This document shows, piece by piece, positions 9,583 to 19,726 of a stretch of 64,000 bases of DNA. The notes under the pieces are model-generated. The model saw only the letters and a program-made list of their open reading frames with translations. It had not been told where the DNA came from and searched no databases. The position numbers and the translations under genes are program-made. How positions within the stretch are numbered: position 1 is the stretch's first letter; each line of letters begins with the position of its first letter. The DNA is from an uncultured Clostridia bacterium (GTDB lineage Bacteria > Bacillota > Clostridia > TANB77 > CAG-508): contig CANQYZ010000006.1 in the NCBI GenBank assembly GCA_947628215.1, positions 2,924 through 66,923 of the forward strand, read 5' to 3'.

Positions 9583-10523
9583 TTATAATTTTCTCTTATA
9601 ATTTATAAACTCAAATATTAAAAGTAATAATAGTGGTATTACAAAAATATAGTATATATCAGTATAAGAATTTGATTTCTCATCTGAACTTATAAATTTA
9701 CTTGTTTTTAATTCTTCTAATTTGTCATCTATATTTGATTGTCTGTCCATATGAATATAATCAATTCCAACATCACTTGCTATTTGTTTTAGATTAGATT
9801 CATCTATTTTTGAAATTGCTGTAGAATATGGAAAGCTTGATGTATCTTCAAGATATTCTCCGTACTTCTTCGTAGCTTTCTTTTACATACATTTTTCCGC
9901 CTTCTTTAGTACCATAACCGAAGAACTGCACCATCTACTACTAAATCTTTTAAGCTGCTGTAAGATTCAAGTTTTGAATCATCAGTAATTTCTCCATCAC
10001 TTATGAAAAATAAGATTCTTTTTTTATCACTATTTCTTTCTTTTGCATTTTCAAGTTGTTTTTCTATGTCTTTTAATGGAGTGTTAAGTGAACTTCCTCT
10101 TGCATACAAATCTGACATACCATTTAATGTATTTATACTATTTTTGCACATATTAGCATCTGTACTAAATGGAACTAATACCTGAGATGTATTATTAAAA
10201 GTAATTGCTGAAAATCTAGCTCCTGGAAGTTCTTTTATAATGTATGCTACATCTTTTTTTACAGCATCCATTCTTTTTCCATTTCCATTATAATCTTCTG
10301 CTATCATACTTATAGTATTATCTACAACAAATAAAACTTCTAAGTCTGTAGACATTACTTCTTGACCATCTTTTGGTATCATTATTCTTAAATTTATTAC
10401 AAATATTAAAGCTATAATAAGTAATTGTCTTAAAAATGTATATAAGTTTCTACTTATAAATACTAAGTATATAACACTTATTATAATCATTAACCATATT
10501 GGAATAATTGGAGATATTATCAT
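9583..10523 (-). CDS. VWA domain membrane protein (BatB-like), frame interrupted at C-GGT 9920 and C-GGA 9862
   Basis: Repaired length is 939 nt. The junction reads VDGAVL-G-YGTKEGGKMYVKESYEEV-G-EYLEDT. There is a C-terminal TM segment. Confidence 0.75.
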
Positions 10524-11534
10524 AATTTCACCCTTTTATTTAGTATAAATAAAGCCAAAATACTTATAGAAAGTAAAATCACAAGTATTTCTGGTTTATC
10601 AATTCTTTTAGTTTCTTGTTTTACATCTACTAAAGTTTTCGCTGTTTTATCTATTTCTTTTATAATATTTTTTACATTTGAAACTTCTTGCTCATCATAA
10701 AAAGTTCCACCGTGAGCTTTCTATTGCACTTTTCATTTCTGCTTTATCTTTATCTAATGCTTCTTTAGGACATATTCCAAATACTTTTACATTTTTTTTC
10801 TTAGCAAGTGCAGCTGCTTGTTTTAAAGGAATGATTTCTTGCCCTCTTAAATCATTATCTGTTGAAAATATTATAATTCTAGTTCTTTCTTTATCCTCTT
10901 CTAAGTTTGGGAAACATAAAACACTAGATGCTAGTCCATCTCCTATAAGTGAACTTCCTCTTGTTTCATTTCCAACTAAAGTACCACTAAATCTATATTC
11001 ATAATCATAATTACTACTATTTAATATATCATCAGCTGCTTTTATTGATTTTTCTAATTCATCTAATACTTCTAATACATAATCATAATCATCTGTAAGT
11101 GGTACTATCTGAACTGAAGAAGTATTAAATATATTTATTCCTACTCTCTCACCTTTTAAATCTTTTACTATATCTTTTAAATTATCTATGATTTGAAGAT
11201 TTAATTCATCTACAGAAGTTGAAACATCCATGCAAAGGAAAATATCTCTACTATAGCTTTTAGTCTCATTTGTATCTACCTTGGCAGGTCTAGATAGCAA
11301 AATAAAAGAGATACCAATACAAACTAAGCAAACTGACAATATTGATATAGATAAGACTTTATATTTTAATAATATTTCTTTGTAATAAGGAATACTTTTT
11401 GCATATTTTGTATTTGCAATTTTCACTCCATCTTTGTATTTATTCTTCTTTTTTACTTTAAAAAAGATTGAAAATAGCAAAAAAACTACAACTACAATTC
11501 CTATATAGAATACGTACTTATAGGTTAATTCCAT
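10520..11534 (-). CDS. VWA domain membrane protein (BatA-like), frame interrupted at C-GGT 10712
   Basis: Repaired length is 1014 nt. The junction reads SAIESS-G-GTFYDEQ. ATGA overlap with the next gene. Confidence 0.75.
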
Positions 11535-11992
11535 TTTTCTATTACCTTTCTTGTTTTTTCTAGAGAAGCTTTTATATTTCCTAAAGAATGCTCTGCAAAT
11601 TCTGGTGCATAATATTCTTCAATAAGTTTTGTTAAATTTGGCATATTTAATTTATCAATTTCTCTTAATGTGCAGTTTTGTACTTTTATATTTGTTACTT
11701 CAAATACAAATAATCTTATGATTGAACTTAAATTTTGATAAGCTCCTCTTATAGAAATTTTTCTTTCGTTTATTTTTGTCTCTAAATTATCTAATTTCTT
11801 TAAGTATTTTTCTTTTATTTTATTTACATCTTTTTTTACTTCTTTTATTACTATTTCTTTTTCTTCTGTCTTTTTATTATTCTTTTTACTAAAAATAAAA
11901 TAAAGTGTAAATAACACAATAAGACCAAGTAATATTAAACTTGGAAAAATTGAATATGAAAAAGCTTCTTGTAATTCAACGGTTATTCGCAT
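11525..11992 (-). CDS. membrane protein of the Bat-like operon
   Basis: 155 aa with one TM segment. Overlaps both neighbouring genes. Confidence 0.55.
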   Translation of the reverse strand: MRITVELQEAFSYSIFPSLILLGLIVLFTLYFIFSKKNNKKTEEKEIVIKEVKKDVNKIKEKYLKKLDNLETKINERKISIRGAYQNLSSIIRLFVFEVTNIKVQNCTLREIDKLNMPNLTKLIEEYYAPEFAEHSLGNIKASLEKTRKVIEKWN

Positions 11993-12855
11993 CTTTTTGC
12001 CTTTCTAATAAATCAATTATTTTTTCCGTAATTTCTTTAGTATGATTTACTTTTGCAACTGTTATCTTATATTTTTTAAATCTATTTGTGCACTTTTTAT
12101 AAACATCATCTCTAGTCTTTTTTTCTAGTTCTAATAACTTTTTATTATTTAAAAATAGATGTGGTATATATTCTCCTTCGTCTAAATCGTATGCTTTATT
12201 TCCCATCATATAAGCATCATCTATATTTATAAGCATAACATCATGTCTTAAAGATAAGCTCTTTAAGACTTTATCATCAATATTTTCTAGTCCCTCTAAA
12301 TCAGTAATTATGAATATAATCATTCTCTTTTTTATATATTTATTTATATACTCTAAAGATCTTTTAATATCAGAATTTTCTGTTTCTTTTTCTTCATCTG
12401 AATCATAATTTGAAAGTATTTTTTCTATATTCATTAATCCTGATTTAAATGGAAAATATTTTATTTCATTATTTTTGCTATATATTGCACCAACATAATC
12501 ACCATTTTTATTTGCAAGATAAGAAACTATACCAGCTGACATTAGTGCTACATCTTTTTTCTTTTCATTTGCATTTGTGTCTGCAAGCATTTTCTTACCA
12601 CTATCTAAAACTACCATTATATTATGCTTTTTTTCTGCAATATATTGCCTTACAAGTAAATTTCCACTTCTAGCAGATGCTTTCCAATCTATATCTTTAA
12701 TATTATCACCTATAGCATATTCTCTTAAATCTTCGAAATTCATACTTCTGCCTTTATAAATAGATTTATAAGAACCGATCTAATATATTTGAAGTTTTTT
12801 TACTTGCATATATACTTACATTAGCTTTTATTTTATCAATATAATTTAATATCAT
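11976..12855 (-). CDS. DUF58 family protein, frame interrupted at C-GGT 12777
   Basis: Repaired length is 879 nt. The junction reads NILD-G-SYKSIYKGRSMNFEDLREYAIGD. The ATG at 12855 overlaps the moxR stop (ATGA). Confidence 0.75.
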
Positions 12856-13857
12856 GGCGTTTTTATTGCTCCTATTATTGCATCTATTATAGTCTCTACT
12901 TCTACTTCATCTGCAACAGCAGAGTAATTAAGTGCAATTCTATGACGAAGTACATTATATCTTAAAGATTTAATATCATCTGGTATAACATAACTTCTTC
13001 CACGAATTAAAGCAACAGCCTTTGCAGCATCCATAAATGCAATTGTTGCTCTAGTACTAGCTCCCATGCTGACATATTTTGCTAAATCTTTTGATATAAA
13101 ATCAGCAGGCTTTCTTGTAGCACTTACTATTTCTGTAATATATCTTTTTATAGAACTATCTATATAAACTTTTTTTGAAAGTTCTTGAAGAAAACTTACA
13201 TCTTTTAATGTTAAAATTTGCTCTGATTTGTATAAGATTCCACTTTCCATTCTGTTTAATATTTCTAGTTCTTCATCTACTGTTGGATAATCTAATTTTT
13301 CTTTAAGTAAAAATCTATCCATTTGGGCCTCTGCTAGTGGATATGTTCCTTCTTGTTCTATTGGGTTTTGTGTTGCGATAACAATAAAGATATCTGGCAT
13401 CTTATATAGATAACCACCAATACTTGTTTGATGCTCCTGCATTGCTTCTAGCATAGCACTTTGTGTCTTGGCACTAGATCTGTTTATTTCATCTAGCAAA
13501 ACAAAGTTTGCATATACAGGACCTAGCTTAATCTCGAAACTATTTGTAGCATAATTAAACATTTGAGTTCCAATTATATCACTAGGAAGCAAATCTGGAG
13601 TACATTGAATTCTAGAAAACTTGCCGATCTACTGCTTCTGTTATTATCTTTGCTGCAGTAGTTTTAGCAAGTCCTGGTACTGACTCTAAAAGTATATGAC
13701 CATTTGCAATCATTGAAATTAAAAGTGACATTCCTAAATTCTTTTGTCCTACTATTCTATCTGTGTAGTAAGACCAAAGTTTTCCTATCATTTGCTTACT
13801 TTTTTCTAGTTCTTCTTCAGAAATAGATGATTTTTCTTTAGTATCTTCTGGATTCAT
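12852..13857 (-). CDS. moxR: MoxR-like AAA+ ATPase, frame interrupted at C-GGC 13626
   Basis: Repaired length is 1005 nt. Walker A PGLAKTT. The junction reads AVD-G-KFSRIQCTPDLLPSDIIG. Confidence 0.85.
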
Positions 13858-14074
13858 TTTTTATCCTCTTTCTCTATATATTTACAAATATTATATATAT
13901 AATATTTATCCTTTTCAATAAAACAATCTAAAAATAGACTAAAAATAGACTAAAAAGAAAGTAAAAAAATTTTTAAGACAAAAGAAAAAACGTCTATCTA
14001 CCAAAGCTTTCTTTAGCAAATAAACGTTATAAACTAATTTAACTTAAAATAATCTATAAAAAGGTTATATCTAT

Positions 14075-14764
14075 CTATATAGCATCTTGATTTTCTACTT
14101 GTTCTTCATCTTCTTTTTTATCAATAATTTCCATACTAGATACTGAAACTTCATAAGCTACTCTATTTTCTACTGAACCATCTTCATGTTTTTTCTCATA
14201 TTTTCTACTTTGAACTCTACCTAGTATTTTAACTTCAGTTCCAACTTCTATATTTTGACAGAATCTTGCATTTCTTCCCCAAGCAATACATGGAATATAA
14301 TCACTCTTATTATATGCTCTATTTACTGCTAAAAGTACATCTGCAATTTCTCTATCAAATGGAGTTTGTCTATAAATAGGCTTTTTGCAAACATATCCAA
14401 CTAATGTAACTTCATTTGAAACTATTTGTTTTTCTTCTTCTGAAGACTCTGTTTCATCTTCTACAATCTCAGTAATATCTTTTGCAAATACTGTTAATAT
14501 AAGTCTATTTTTTTCATTTTCATAACTATTGTAAGATCTAAATTGACCTTCAACTGCAAGCTTCTTTCCTAAACTTAAATCAATATTTGTTAATAATCTT
14601 TCTGATACTGTAATTGGAATAACATCAATTGCCTTACTTAATCTTGGAACTTCTAAATCGAATATGTAAAATTTTTCTCCATAAATTTCATGACTAAAAG
14701 TCTTTTCTTTACTTACATTTCCGACTAGTACTAAATGGTTATTTTCTAAAAAATTTGTAACCAA
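14075..14764 (-). CDS. OB-fold single-stranded DNA-binding family protein (two OB-like repeats, acidic tail)
   Basis: LVLVGNV...GEKFY.F.LEVPR.S...D and GRVQSRKYEKK patterns. Confidence 0.5.
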   Translation of the reverse strand: MVTNFLENNHLVLVGNVSKEKTFSHEIYGEKFYIFDLEVPRLSKAIDVIPITVSERLLTNIDLSLGKKLAVEGQFRSYNSYENEKNRLILTVFAKDITEIVEDETESSEEEKQIVSNEVTLVGYVCKKPIYRQTPFDREIADVLLAVNRAYNKSDYIPCIAWGRNARFCQNIEVGTEVKILGRVQSRKYEKKHEDGSVENRVAYEVSVSSMEIIDKKEDEEQVENQDAI

Positions 14765-14895
14765 TTTCTTATCCTCCTTAAAACATATTTATCTAATGTA
14801 TTTTTATATAAATGTCTGTATCTCTCATTTCTTTTGACTGTAAACAAGTATATTATACTACTTTTTTTTACTTTTGTCTACATAAAATGTTAAAT

Positions 14896-15385
14896 TTATG
14901 AAATAATTCTGTATAAAATTGTAATTGCTACAAAAAAATGCAAACCATTTTCACCGGAATTAAAGCTTTTTGCAATTTCTTCATTTTCGATTTTCACATT
15001 ATTGAAACTAATTATTTTTCTTTGAATTTCCAATATTATGTTATCTTCATCATTGCTAGTAATAGTCACTGTAGCTTTTTTATTAAAGCCATACGTAATA
15101 ACTTCAGACTTTAGATTTTCAGCAATTTTTAGATTTTCTTTATAATCAATATTTAGTAAAACCATTTTCGCCTTATTTAAAATAATATTTAAAATAGTCT
15201 TACACTTATCTAAATTAATTTCATAATTAATAATTACTATATCAAATTTTATATTTTTAAAATTATTTAAGTTATTTTCATGTATTTTGCTTATATTACA
15301 TTTCTTATAAATTCCGTTTTTCCCTTATGATTCTGCTTATTTTCATTGTATTACAATTATTTTCAATTATTCCTACTAAATACAT
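14896..15385 (-). CDS. hypothetical protein (162 aa), frame interrupted at C-GGA 15316
   Basis: The six-frame track shows only the 3' 89 aa. An upstream ATG at 15385 with a GAAGGGA RBS joins it when the C at 15316 is skipped (REK-G-IYKKCN). Confidence 0.5.
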
Positions 15386-15518
15386 TTTAGACTAGTCCCT
15401 TCTAATCAACATATAATCTTATTATATGTAAACCATATTTATTTATTCACCAAAAAAATTAACAACTAGTCTAAGTTAAACATAATATATATTAGCGAAA
15501 GCAAATTTTTTTAAAAGG

Positions 15519-15974
15519 ATGGAATTATTTATGGAATTAGAAAAATTAGAAAAACAACTAGTAAAAGTTGATGGATTTATTGAAAAAGGAAAACAATTTG
15601 ATGTTGAAATAACAGTACCAGAAGATAATAGAAATGTAATTTATGGTCTTCTTAAAAATCAATATCATGAACCTTTAAAAGATGCTGTTGTAAAATTAGT
15701 AGAAATTACAGATGAATATGGGAAAAAAGTTAGAAAACCAGTATCACATACTTTTACAGACTGTGAAGGACAATTTGTTTTTGGACCTCTTTGTCCTGAC
15801 AAAAAATATGAAATTCAAATTTGGTATAATGATGTAAAACATTATAAAGTATGTGAAGAGTGTTCTAGAAAGCAAGAATGTTTAAAAGGAAAAGATATGG
15901 GCAAATGTCCTGAAAATCAAGTACCACCTTGTGAATGTGAAGATGAAAAAAAGAATTTTCCTTATAAATATTAA
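15519..15974 (+). CDS. hypothetical Cys-rich protein with a carboxypeptidase-regulatory-like beta domain
   Basis: 151 aa ORF with an AAGGATGG RBS. Assignment is tentative. Confidence 0.5.
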   Translation: MELFMELEKLEKQLVKVDGFIEKGKQFDVEITVPEDNRNVIYGLLKNQYHEPLKDAVVKLVEITDEYGKKVRKPVSHTFTDCEGQFVFGPLCPDKKYEIQIWYNDVKHYKVCEECSRKQECLKGKDMGKCPENQVPPCECEDEKKNFPYKY

Positions 15975-16059
15975 AATAAAAAATTAATTACTAAATAAAT
16001 CTATATAAAAAAACAAATCCTACTTAAAAAAAGGATTTGTTTTTTTATTCAATTTTAGA

Positions 16060-16206
16060 CTATAAAACAGTAATACCCATTTTTTTCATAAGTCTTTTTC
16101 CAGTTCTCATCATTTTCTTTTTTTGAACTACCATTTCATTACTACAAACCATCATAACACTTGCAGTAACAGCAGTTCCTATCATTACACCTTTTATAAA
16201 ATTCAT
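16060..16206 (-). CDS. small hydrophobic protein (48 aa; MNFIKGVMIGTAVTASVMMVCS...)
   Basis: GGAGGTAC RBS 8 nt upstream of the ATG. It falls below the ORF-track length cutoff. Confidence 0.4.
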   Translation of the reverse strand: MNFIKGVMIGTAVTASVMMVCSNEMVVQKKKMMRTGKRLMKKMGITVL

Positions 16207-16257
16207 CTATTTTGTACCTCCATTTTTTAAAATTTCTACATAGTTATTATTTGTTTT

Positions 16258-16623
16258 TTATCTTTTTATATACTTTTTATAAAATCCATATGTTTCATAT
16301 ATTGTTATAATTATTAAAAAAATTATAAATGAATTTTTTAGTGTTATATCATTTATATTAATGGCTATAAAAGATCCTACTATAGCACCTATAATTCCTA
16401 AAACTGAAAAAATTGCCGTTAATTTCAAATCTATATTTTTCCTTTTTAAATTAAGTAAAATTGCAACTATAGCAGTTGGAATAAAAAAGATAAGATTGAT
16501 ACCTTGTATGTTTTTTTGAGAATAATTTGTAAAAACAGATAAAAGAACTATTAAAATACTTCCCCCACCCATTCCAAGAGAAGATACAATTCCTGAAACA
16601 ATTCCAAATAATATTTCTATCAT
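16258..16623 (-). CDS. TauE/SafE-type anion exporter, C-terminal half
   Basis: Four TM segments. It lies in the same frame as 16666..17050, separated by one TAA plus 14 codons. Confidence 0.6.
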   Translation of the reverse strand: MIEILFGIVSGIVSSLGMGGGSILIVLLSVFTNYSQKNIQGINLIFFIPTAIVAILLNLKRKNIDLKLTAIFSVLGIIGAIVGSFIAININDITLKNSFIIFLIIITIYETYGFYKKYIKR

Positions 16624-16665
16624 TTTTTTCCTTCGCTTTAAAAATTTTTTTATTTTAATTTTTAT

Positions 16666-17050
16666 TTAATTTATTATCATTTTAAAAATACAATAAATTA
16701 AAAATATTATAAATATTAGTTCTAAATATTTATCTTTTATTTTAAAGAGCATAAGACTTCCTATATAGCTACCGATTATTCCTCCTAATGCGCATTTAAT
16801 AGACATCATATAATCTATACTTATCTTTGTATTATAAATAAAACTAGATACTATAATTATCGGTAGCATACAAGAAATAGTAGTTGCTCTTGATTTTTTC
16901 TCATCTAGTCCTAAAAAATTAGAAAAAGCCAGGACAAATAATAAACCGCCTCCTGAAGAAAAAAGTCCGCTTATTATTCCTGAGCTTATTCCGTATTATA
17001 AAAATTTTTATTTTTTGTTTTTTATCATATTTCTTTAAGATATTTTCCAT
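16666..17050 (-). CDS. TauE/SafE-type anion exporter, N-terminal half, frame interrupted at C-GGA 16993
   Basis: Repaired length is 384 nt. The sequence reads MENILKKYDKKQKIKIFII-G-ISSGIISGLFSSGGG. Confidence 0.6.
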
Positions 17051-17078
17051 AATGTTAGTTTAAATATTTTTTTAAGTT

Positions 17079-18329
17079 TTATTCAATATCTTTAACATTT
17101 TCATCTGGCACAAAATATTTAGTTCCAACCATTTTATCTGGAAGATATTGTTGCTCTACAATGTGTCCTGGGAAATCGTGAGGATATTTATATCCATTCC
17201 CATATCCAAACTCTTCCATACCTGATGCTGGAGCATTTCTAATATGCATTGGAATTTCTCCTGTGTCTTTATTTGATACATCTTCAATTGCTTTATTTAT
17301 TGCTAAATAACTTGCATTTGATTTTTTAGAATTTGCTACATAAATTGCAGCCTCTGAAAGTATAATCCTAGCTTCTGGCATTCCCACCATAGTAACAGCT
17401 TGCATAGCAGATGTTGCAATAACAAGTGCATTTGGATTTGCAAGTCCTACATCTTCTGCTGCAGCAATTACAATTCTTCTTGCAATAAATACAGGATCTT
17501 CTCCACCATTTAGTGCTCTTGCTAAATAAAATACAGCAGCGTCTGCATCGCTTCCTCTCATGGATTTTATAAAAGCACTTATATTATCATAATGACTATC
17601 ACCATTTTTATCAAAAATTGCTTTTTTCTTATTTAAAGATTCACTTGCAATTTCATTTGTAATTTCTATTATTCCCTCTTTATTCATTTTAGTAGTAAGT
17701 ACAGCAACTTCCAATCCATTTAATGCAGTTCTAACATCTCCACCTGAAACCTCTGCAATTTTTTCAATAGTTTCATCTGAAATTTTTATATTATAACTTC
17801 CAAGTCCTTCTTCACTTTTTAGGGCATTTTTTATAATTTGAATTATATTTTCTTTTTTCAAAGGCTCTAGTTTAATTACCATAGATCTTGAAATTAAAGC
17901 TTTATTTACTTCAAAATATGGATTTTCAGTAGTAGCTCCAATCAAAATAACAGTCCCATCTTCTACATATGGTAAAAGTGCATCTTGCTGAAGCTTATTA
18001 AATCTATGTATCTCGTCTATAAATAAAATACATTTTCCGCTTGGATTTAAAAGAGGATTTGATGCTTCAGTAATTGCATTTTTTATATCAGATACACCTG
18101 ATGTTACTGCATTTATCCTAGTAAATTTATATTTTGTTGTTTCACTTATAACTTTTGCAAGTGATGTTTTTCCACATCCTGGAGGACCCCATAATATAAT
18201 TGAACTTAATCTATCTGCTTTTATTGTTCTATATAGTAGTTTATCTTTGCCCAAAACATGCTCTTGACCTACAAATTCATCAAGTGATTTTGGTCTTACT
18301 CTATATGCTAATGGCTTTTGTAAATCCAT
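17079..18329 (-). CDS. rarA: replication-associated recombination protein A (MgsA/RarA AAA+ ATPase)
   Basis: LRPKSLDEFVGQ-like N-terminus, Walker A GPPGCGKTS and a conserved C-terminal YLP.....YF motif. Confidence 0.9.
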   Translation of the reverse strand: MDLQKPLAYRVRPKSLDEFVGQEHVLGKDKLLYRTIKADRLSSIILWGPPGCGKTSLAKVISETTKYKFTRINAVTSGVSDIKNAITEASNPLLNPSGKCILFIDEIHRFNKLQQDALLPYVEDGTVILIGATTENPYFEVNKALISRSMVIKLEPLKKENIIQIIKNALKSEEGLGSYNIKISDETIEKIAEVSGGDVRTALNGLEVAVLTTKMNKEGIIEITNEIASESLNKKKAIFDKNGDSHYDNISAFIKSMRGSDADAAVFYLARALNGGEDPVFIARRIVIAAAEDVGLANPNALVIATSAMQAVTMVGMPEARIILSEAAIYVANSKKSNASYLAINKAIEDVSNKDTGEIPMHIRNAPASGMEEFGYGNGYKYPHDFPGHIVEQQYLPDKMVGTKYFVPDENVKDIE

Positions 18330-18345
18330 AAAAATCCTTCCTCTT

Positions 18346-18948
18346 CTATTTATTTCTAGATAGTATTTCTAGACCTTTCTTTATTATTTGTTCTATACTT
18401 AAATCTGATAAATCAGTTTTTGAAAAAGCAAGTTCTATTTCTTTTCTTGAATATCCTAAAACTTGAAGAGCTGAAATTGCTTCGTTTAGTCCTTCTACTT
18501 CTTTTACTTCTTTTTCTATTTCAAGTTTGCTCATTTCTATCTCTTGTGATTTTAATTTATCTTTAAGTTCTAATATTAATCTTTGAGCAGTCTTTTTTCC
18601 AATACCAGGAACTTTAGTTATTCTATCTATATCATCACTAATTACAGCATAAGCAAATTCTGATGGTGTAATATTAGATAACATTGTTATAGCAGACTTT
18701 GCTCCTACTCCACTTACAGATAAAAGAAGCTCAAACATTCTAAGTTCTTCTTCTGTTTTAAATCCATAAAGACTTATTTCATCTTCTCTTACATGATAAT
18801 GAGTATATACTTTAATATTATCTCCTATATTTCCTATTTCATCTATAGATTTATCAGACATAAATATCTTATATCCTATACCACTACATTCTACAACAAT
18901 ATATCCTTTTGTTTTTATCTCTAAGCTTCCTTTTATATATAAATACAT
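18346..18948 (-). CDS. ruvA: Holliday junction DNA helicase RuvA
   Basis: MYLYIKGSL...GYKIF start and helix-hairpin-helix motifs (VSGVGAKSA, VPGIGKKTAQR). ATG at 18948 after GGGGGAAAT. Confidence 0.9.
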   Translation of the reverse strand: MYLYIKGSLEIKTKGYIVVECSGIGYKIFMSDKSIDEIGNIGDNIKVYTHYHVREDEISLYGFKTEEELRMFELLLSVSGVGAKSAITMLSNITPSEFAYAVISDDIDRITKVPGIGKKTAQRLILELKDKLKSQEIEMSKLEIEKEVKEVEGLNEAISALQVLGYSRKEIELAFSKTDLSDLSIEQIIKKGLEILSRNK

Positions 18949-19043
18949 ATTTCCCCCTATTTTCTTTTGCAAACAAATTTTCTTATTTTACTTATCACAT
19001 TTTATCATAAATAACTTTTTTTGCAATACCTAAAAAGTAAAAA

Positions 19044-19090
19044 TAAAAAAAGCAGAGATGGGGGTTTTTAAGCCTCCCATATCTACTGCT
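19044..19090 (-). terminator. terminator of GC-richer cassette 2
   Basis: Minus strand shows AGCAGTAGATATGGGAGG-CTTAAAAA-CCCCCATCTCTGCT followed by TTTTTTT, directly after the stop codon. Confidence 0.75.
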
Positions 19091-19091
19091 T

Positions 19092-19526
19092 TTAGCCACT
19101 TTTAGCTTCAGTGAACTGTATCCACCATGAAATTCTTCCGTTTACGCCCATCTGATGACTTGGTTCAATCGAAAAACCCGTTTTCTCAGCTAAGAGAGCC
19201 ATGCGGATTAAAATCCGGTTTACATCCATTTCTTTGCGGATGTCGTACGACTTAAGCTCTTCGGAGCTTCTCCTGTGAAAGATCACTAATATTCTTCCAT
19301 TTGGAGAGCGCTCCATACTTGCAATGTGTCTGCTTGCAAATCTTTCTGCTTTTGCTTGTTCTAGCAATTCTTTTTTGACTTCATTCCAAATTCTTTTTGC
19401 CGTTTTATCGTACTCTTCTTCTCCCTTTACCGTCCTTTCTTCATTATTTGTTAGGATCTCGCTGATTCTCCGGTTCATCGCCAGAATTTCTTCCTTTGTT
19501 TTGTGCTCAAGAACCATGTTTAGCAT
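19092..19526 (-). CDS. orphan protein (~144 aa) in cassette 2
   Basis: GAGGAG RBS. The start is ATG 19526 or 19517. Composition and codon usage are clearly G+C-richer than the flanks. Contains two in-frame CGG codons. Confidence 0.65.
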   Translation of the reverse strand: MLNMVLEHKTKEEILAMNRRISEILTNNEERTVKGEEEYDKTAKRIWNEVKKELLEQAKAERFASRHIASMERSPNGRILVIFHRRSSEELKSYDIRKEMDVNRILIRMALLAEKTGFSIEPSHQMGVNGRISWWIQFTEAKSG

Positions 19527-19568
19527 ATCTCCTCTCAAGGTGGATTATATAAGAGTATCTAAATATAA

Positions 19569-19597
19569 ATTATATCATATTTTATCATTTTTTTCAA
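19569..19597 (-). promoter_or_regulatory. promoter of cassette 2 (TTGAAA-N17-TGaTATAAT)
   Basis: Read on the minus strand. The -10 is at 19574..19569 and the -35 at 19597..19592. Confidence 0.55.
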
Positions 19598-19726
19598 TTT
19601 TACAAGCTATTATACTATCCTTTTTGTTTCTTTTTATTAACATTTTTGTTTCAAATCTTCAATTTCATTGAATAAAAACTTTAGTAATATTATAATAAAA
19701 TTATCTAATATTGTGGGAGAGTAATC

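Noticed and set aside
13939-13962. Short tandem duplication aaaaatagact x2 upstream of the moxR operon.
   Set aside because: It has only two copies of an 11-mer in AT-rich intergenic DNA. There is no spacer-repeat organisation, and it is not a CRISPR array or an obvious operator.
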